Source: Parcubacteria group bacterium (GTDB taxonomy: Bacteria; Patescibacteriota; Minisyncoccia; Moranbacterales; UBA11712). From it: DNA of 64,000 nt. This document shows, one piece after another, positions 60,701 through 64,000 of this stretch. The translations under genes were made by a program, and so were the position numbers. Location: the NCBI GenBank assembly GCA_041659685.1, contig JBAZXV010000003.1, positions 66,040 through 130,039 of the forward strand, read 5' to 3'. The notes beneath the pieces are model-generated. The model was given only the letters and a program-made list of their open reading frames with translations. It did not search any database and had not been told where the DNA came from. Position 1 is the first letter of the stretch; each line of letters opens with the position of its first letter.

Positions 60701-60952
60701 GCCCAACAGCAATATTATTACTATTACTACTTATATTCCCCCGCCTACAGCAGACAGGTGCAGCCATTTTCAATTATTGAAACGGCTTCCGCCGCCGAAA
60801 ATAACGAAGACACTCATCCGAGAGTTCTGGGCGCATGGACCAATCGCAAATCCGCCCTTCCTCTCACCTATTGGTTAATCGCAGCCCTTTCGTATTCTTA
60901 TCTCTTAAACAGCTTTCTTTTCCCTAAGAAAAAAACAAAACAACATACATGA
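57743..60952 (+). CDS. Giant acidic surface protein with three novel ~75-aa repeats, two DUF11-like domains, a poly-Tyr tract and a C-terminal sorting-signal-like anchor
   Basis: N-terminal signal or transmembrane segment. Asp/Glu-rich region with 120-nt tandem DNA repeats. Three repeats ...STGSNSI.G..GAA.I.TGSA.A.SNI.NFVNTSIIG.NWFFAT.N.FG.W. DUF11-like segments GENLHYSVEIENEGKASASNVYV and GEKIKYTIYVSNSGDGDLHKV. Terminal LPLTYW, then a hydrophobic stretch and KKKTKQHT. The alternative start is the ATG at 57779. Confidence 0.7.
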   Translation: MKIISGKNKVIKMNLIRFFIACLLTLGLIFNNIALPISVEIAMAQSDSGQETDTKENIDNQESKNANGGEESGKVDGPSSAQESKDTQKEDGQDDPIWKSCDFSKKENKLIKKNKGKECRKKDSCKKIKECLSDFISIKNEADIKNDSNSSANTGENIISPDEDSAGIDYPIEETATEENPKEKNESEDVTEINPESGNEDESGDNISPQNEPPGEPSGINDPDPEISGGEGKEAFEDTAKNGIDPNSQKEASDSASTDQAVLKDEASEEKDNISINSDQITENENNPLDKKTAQSVPTVTEENDQEIGTSATDNEKSAPVDKEINSPEEEDENIESIPAVTEENDSETETSASAEKSDAENEDMPNSIETDDAAAENSVYNEINTNVVGENVEKFEQNITGMYSGDINLLDEFTNLLSSADTADSNGLTAAQIAIENTAETENSLESSATTGGNSIEGEDSRAAIETGDAISAANIVNFINVNLIGENWLFATINVFGDWVGDLIVPGEGLLNVPEASAQSNENISIENDATIINTADANASTGSNTISGDNGTAAIETGSAASSSVIKNVVNTTIIKNSWFFLTINNMGSWIGKAIHWGEDNNEEIYSYDFNEDESWEANLTNWFSSIFIKNSANIENSAVASASTGSNSIKGNYGAANIQTGSAYAASNIYNFVNTSIIGNNWFFATVNIFGTWKGNVNFAYPDLSVSINDGKGSANRGENLHYSVEIENEGKASASNVYVRISLPDCLSTSGNPNTGDKNGSGNEISWNLSGLGAGEKKSFSIDAAVPENISPDESKIRTYAQVLTETKETELDNNTSADDTLINPSVEDNNEISPPEIITLNDNPNKIQGSQVNDPQTNDPQAQYSLSIRREINNKKAKPGEKIKYTIYVSNSGDGDLHKVKVEDNLKNKDGDLGSYAWDIGNLGKGKTAKVTYGLLIGADAPKGDYKSSAVATGFDPNESEVKSSEAKVSFHMESVKLAAAQQQYYYYYYLYSPAYSRQVQPFSIIETASAAENNEDTHPRVLGAWTNRKSALPLTYWLIAALSYSYLLNSFLFPKKKTKQHT
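58631..58870 (+). repeat. Two tandem ~120-nt near-repeats inside the acidic region of the giant gene
   Basis: ggtgaccgaggaaaatgaccaggaaataggaacatcggcaac aligns with cagtgaccgaggaaaatgattcggaaacagaaacatcggcatc. Both encode (V/I)P(T/A)VTEEND...TSA. Confidence 0.6.
59051..59857 (+). repeat. Three protein-level ~75-aa repeats (Asn/Gly/Ala-rich, ending NWFFAT.N.FG.W)
   Basis: Repeat starts at ~59051, ~59327 and ~59639. Aligned by eye. Confidence 0.55.
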
Positions 60953-61155
60953 AAAAAAGGGGACTTATAAGAAAATTCGTATTCCCTCTTACTGCAACGA
61001 TTCTCATAGTTTGGTTTTGGAATGTTAACCGCGGAGAAGAAGGATACTATTGGTTTTTGGGACTTGTCTTTTCGATTCTGCTTCTGCATTATCTGTTTCT
61101 GTCCGTTCGGTATATCAGAAAGCGCTTAAATTCCGGCCAGAGAACCCCTTTTTAA
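60949..61155 (+). CDS. Small two-transmembrane membrane protein (hypothetical)
   Basis: 68 aa. Overlaps the giant-gene stop by 4 nt. Confidence 0.3.
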   Translation: MKKRGLIRKFVFPLTATILIVWFWNVNRGEEGYYWFLGLVFSILLLHYLFLSVRYIRKRLNSGQRTPF

Positions 61156-61289
61156 GCCATATTTAAGGTTGCCGGTAAATTCAGGCCCTCGAATAAAAAT
61201 TGACAGCTAGAAATAACCTAATATAATAAATGCACCGAGGCAAAGACATTATAAACTTCGGAAAATCCTGCGGATGACCAAGGAGGAAG

Positions 61290-61800
61290 TCATGGACTAA
61301 GATTGTTTGATTTGTCTGGTGATTCCCTGTGCGCCCTGTCACAGACGGGCCGCACAAGCCATGAGCGCTGTTTCACTCATGAGTTCTACTCTACGGGGTA
61401 GCTGCTATGGGAACAAGGAGCCGTCTTAGCCATGAGCGCAAACGAAGGCTTCCGAATCTGCCGACGACTCTTTTAAAGAGAACTCGCGGAGAAGCCAAAT
61501 TCGTAGCGCACTGGCCGCGCCCCGGCAAACATGCCTCTTGAGGCAATGCCTTTCCGAACAGGAATAAATTCGAAAATTGAATAGTTCGAAAAGGCTCAGC
61601 CTGGTGCAGAGAGCGTCTGCCAAGTCGCAAAAGCGAGGGGCAAGCAATCGCCAACTGTGACTCCTATGATTCAGGCGATTCGGGCACTGGTCGGGATTGA
61701 TTTTGAAGGGAGAATCCCGGCAAAGAATATCCCTTCTAAGGAGGGTGGCGGCCATTTTGGCGCGCCACCTTTTTCACTTCTCCGGCCGGTTAAAGAATAA
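61290..61800. other. ORF-free, GC-elevated (~50-57%) block: candidate structured non-coding RNA of unknown class
   Basis: No ORF longer than ~100 aa on either strand across 61156-61871. Duplicated 12-mer AGCCATGAGCGC at ~61361 and ~61430. Local hairpins catgag...ctcatg and cgggatt...aatcccg. Confidence 0.25.
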
Positions 61801-61871
61801 AAATTATTAAACTCTCTGAGATCGATTTCCGGCTGATTCTTCCTAGGCGCAAGAAAATGACAGAAAAAAAT

Positions 61872-64000
61872 ATGAGTATCAAACAAAGAAGCTTTTACTG
61901 GATTCTGGCGCAAGGAATCGCAATTATGCTTTTGGTTTACTCGACAAGCTTCATCAGTTTCGCCCTCTTTCATTCCGTCTCCGAAATAGCGTCTATTGTC
62001 ATCTCCTTTGGAATATTCATTGTTGCCTGGAACTTTCAGAAATTCCGGGGAAACAATTTCGTCCTGATTATCGGAGTCTCTTACTTTTTCGTGGCCGCCC
62101 TAGATCTCCTTCATACTCTTTCTTTCAGCGGATTGTCTCTCTTTCAAAATGACTCGAACCTGCCGACCCAGCTCTGGATAGCGGCAAGATACATGGAAAG
62201 CCTCTCATTTATTGCGGCTTTCTTTTTTTTAAAGAGAAAAAAGATGCTTCGCGGAGATTCAGTTTTTCTTCTTTTCCTCGTTATTTCACTCGCGATCACG
62301 CTGTTTGTTTTTTACTGGAGAGTATTTCCTGACGCATTTATCGAGGGATCCGGTCTTACGGAATTTAAAATATCAAGCGAATACCTGATTTCGTTCTTCT
62401 TTTTGGTTTCATTCGGATTGCTTTATTCCAACCGCCGGCTGTTCGATCCCAGATTTGCGCAGTTCCTTATGCTTTCGCTCTCGGTAAAAATTGCGTCGGA
62501 AGTGTTTTTTTCCCATTATGCCAGTGTAACCGACCTTTCAATGCTGATGGGTCACCTTCTTAAGGTTTTATCCTTCTTTCTTCTCTATAAGGCCATTATT
62601 GAAATAGCACTGATTGATCCTTATAATGTTTTATTCCGTGATTTGAAACAATCGGAACAAAAGTACCGGGACTTGGTTGACAACTCATTGGTCGGAATCT
62701 ATAGAGCCGACCTCGAAGGAAATTACCTGTACGTTAATGAAGCCATGGCCGAAATGTTCGAGTTTGAAACGCCCGAAGCTATGATTCGCGAGGGCGGAAA
62801 AATGCGTTACGAAAAGGAAAGCGATAGAATGATTTTCCATGACCGACTCCAAAAAGAAGGGAGAATCGCCAACTACGAACTTGCGGGAAAAACCAAAACC
62901 GGCAAAAAAATAAACATCCTGTCCAATGCAATGATTGCCGGCAACGAAAGATCCGGGATGATTCTCAACATTACCCTCCGAAAAAAGCTTGAGAATTTAC
63001 TACAGAAAAACATCAGGGAACAGCAAATCATAATTGACTCGGTATCCGCAATGATATTTTTCAAAGACCGGGAAAACCGCCTGATCCGGGTAAATAAAGC
63101 GTTTGAAAAAACTATGGGAGTGCCGAAGAAAAGGCTAGAAGGACTATCCCTCAGCGAAATATATCCGGCATACCAGGCGGAGGCATTCCAAAAAAGTGAC
63201 CTCGAAGTTATTAAATCCGGAAAAGAAAAATTAGGAATAATCGAATATATGGATACATCAGTCGGCACCAGGCTGGTCCAAACAGATAAGGTCCCCTATT
63301 TTGACGAATCGGGAGAGATTGCAGGCATTATCGGTTTTTCAATCGACATTACCGAAAACAAAAAGGCCGAAGAAGCGCTTAGGGAAAGCGAAGCCAAATA
63401 TCGCCAGCTGTTTTCGAGCATGGCCAGTGGAGTTGCCTACCACGAAATAAAATATGACCGGAAAGGAAATCCGGTTGACTACGTATTTATCGAAGCCAAT
63501 GAATCCTATGAAAAAATGACCGGACTTAAAAGAGAAGAATTAATCGGAAAAAGCGCGCTGGACATCATTCCGAAAATGAAAGAGTACCCTTTTGACTGGA
63601 TCGGCGCTTATGGAAAAGTAGGCTGCGGAGGAGAGCCGCTCCGATTTGACCGATACTCTAATTTTCTCAAAAGATGGATATCAATATCCGTCTACAGCCC
63701 TAAAAAAAATTTTGTTATCTCTGTTTTCGAAGATGTGCATGAACGAAGAAAAGCGGAAGACGCGAAAGATGAGTTTCTTTCTCTGGCTTCCCATCAACTG
63801 AAAACACCGCTTTCAAGCATCGGCTTGTCCTCCGAACTTCTTCTCAGAGGAGTTTCCGGAAAACTTGAAAACGAACAGAGAGAATATCTTGAGGACATCA
63901 ATAAATCCGTAAAAAGGATGACTCTTCTTGTTAACAATCTTCTCGATGTTTCACGCCTTGACATAGGCAGTTTTGAATTCAAAAGAAGCCCTCTCAATTT
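61872..64000 (+). CDS. Sensor histidine kinase, 3'-truncated at the window end: N-terminal MASE-type (MASE3-like) membrane domain, three PAS domains and HisKA
   Basis: ATG at 61872 with an open frame to the window end, which is why it is missing from the ORF track. Six to seven transmembrane helices with HSVSEIASIVISFGIFIVAW. PAS-like segments. H-box LASHQLKTPLSSI. Confidence 0.8.
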   Translation, partial: MSIKQRSFYWILAQGIAIMLLVYSTSFISFALFHSVSEIASIVISFGIFIVAWNFQKFRGNNFVLIIGVSYFFVAALDLLHTLSFSGLSLFQNDSNLPTQLWIAARYMESLSFIAAFFFLKRKKMLRGDSVFLLFLVISLAITLFVFYWRVFPDAFIEGSGLTEFKISSEYLISFFFLVSFGLLYSNRRLFDPRFAQFLMLSLSVKIASEVFFSHYASVTDLSMLMGHLLKVLSFFLLYKAIIEIALIDPYNVLFRDLKQSEQKYRDLVDNSLVGIYRADLEGNYLYVNEAMAEMFEFETPEAMIREGGKMRYEKESDRMIFHDRLQKEGRIANYELAGKTKTGKKINILSNAMIAGNERSGMILNITLRKKLENLLQKNIREQQIIIDSVSAMIFFKDRENRLIRVNKAFEKTMGVPKKRLEGLSLSEIYPAYQAEAFQKSDLEVIKSGKEKLGIIEYMDTSVGTRLVQTDKVPYFDESGEIAGIIGFSIDITENKKAEEALRESEAKYRQLFSSMASGVAYHEIKYDRKGNPVDYVFIEANESYEKMTGLKREELIGKSALDIIPKMKEYPFDWIGAYGKVGCGGEPLRFDRYSNFLKRWISISVYSPKKNFVISVFEDVHERRKAEDAKDEFLSLASHQLKTPLSSIGLSSELLLRGVSGKLENEQREYLEDINKSVKRMTLLVNNLLDVSRLDIGSFEFKRSPLN

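Noticed and set aside
61290-61800. tmRNA hypothesis for the GC-rich ORF-free block. A GCA AAC GAA (A-N-E) reading frame was noticed.
   Set aside because: The putative tag ANEGFRICRRLF does not end in the canonical AA. No tRNA-like acceptor or T-arm ends are present, and no UUCGACGGG-like 5' motif was found.
61290-61800. RNase P RNA hypothesis, based on GGAGGAAGTCATGGAC versus GAGGAAAGUCCGGGCUCC.
   Set aside because: Only a partial P4-like match. CR-II, CR-III and CR-IV motifs are not found on either strand.
1-64000. CRISPR arrays, rRNA, tRNA, transposases and integrases.
   Set aside because: No short direct-repeat arrays or DDE, serine or tyrosine recombinase motifs were found. No GTTCGAATC-type T-loops were found in intergenic regions.

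Overview
This 64-kb window is a low-GC (~40-45%), densely coded bacterial chromosomal segment. The many hypothetical and small membrane proteins and the patchy nucleotide metabolism suggest an uncultivated, small-genome (possibly Patescibacteria/CPR-like) organism, but that lineage call is inference only. No rRNA, canonical tRNA, CRISPR array, transposase or integrase was found. Confident calls: TypA/BipA GTPase, MsrB and MsrA, PAP2 phosphatase, DUF1059 mini-protein, an RND efflux pump with its membrane-fusion adaptor, a PAS-GGDEF diguanylate cyclase, a DUF362/ferredoxin protein, a GT39-like glycosyltransferase, cyclophilin PPIase, a uridine-kinase-like P-loop protein, MazG-like and EEP nucleases, UMP kinase, a YhhQ-type queuosine-precursor transporter, tandem OPRTase paralogs with OMP decarboxylase, PEBP/YbhB, nitroreductase, polysaccharide deacetylase, acylphosphatase, a fused PurC-PurE (PAICS-like) protein next to PurB, a metallophosphoesterase, two NUDIX hydrolases, IMPase, a SET-domain protein, HD hydrolase, CopA P-type ATPase with a co-transcribed transmembrane-cupredoxin fusion, SDR, a YqjE/YqjD-like pair, Lgt, and a 5'-truncated... 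rather 3'-truncated MASE-PAS x3 histidine kinase that runs off the window end and is absent from the ORF track. Loci worth a second look: (1) a Cys-rich redox-like island at 36.6-39.8 kb: a cupredoxin, a stand-alone DUF2769-like mini-protein, a glutamate-synthase FMN-domain protein whose N-terminus carries a copy of the same Cys-rich module, and a two-CW-like protein; (2) a surface-protein locus at 54-61 kb holding a ~1.8-kb GC-rich (55-63%) compositional island with two secreted proteins, plus a family of secreted proteins sharing an unrecognised ~75-aa Asn/Gly repeat, including a 1069-aa acidic DUF11-like giant protein with a poly-Tyr tract and a C-terminal sorting-signal-like anchor; (3) an ORF-free, GC-elevated ~700-nt block (61.16-61.87 kb) that is a candidate structured ncRNA; (4) the eukaryote-like PurC-PurE fusion; (5) several candidate cis-regulatory palindromes, terminators and a preQ1-riboswitch-like leader.
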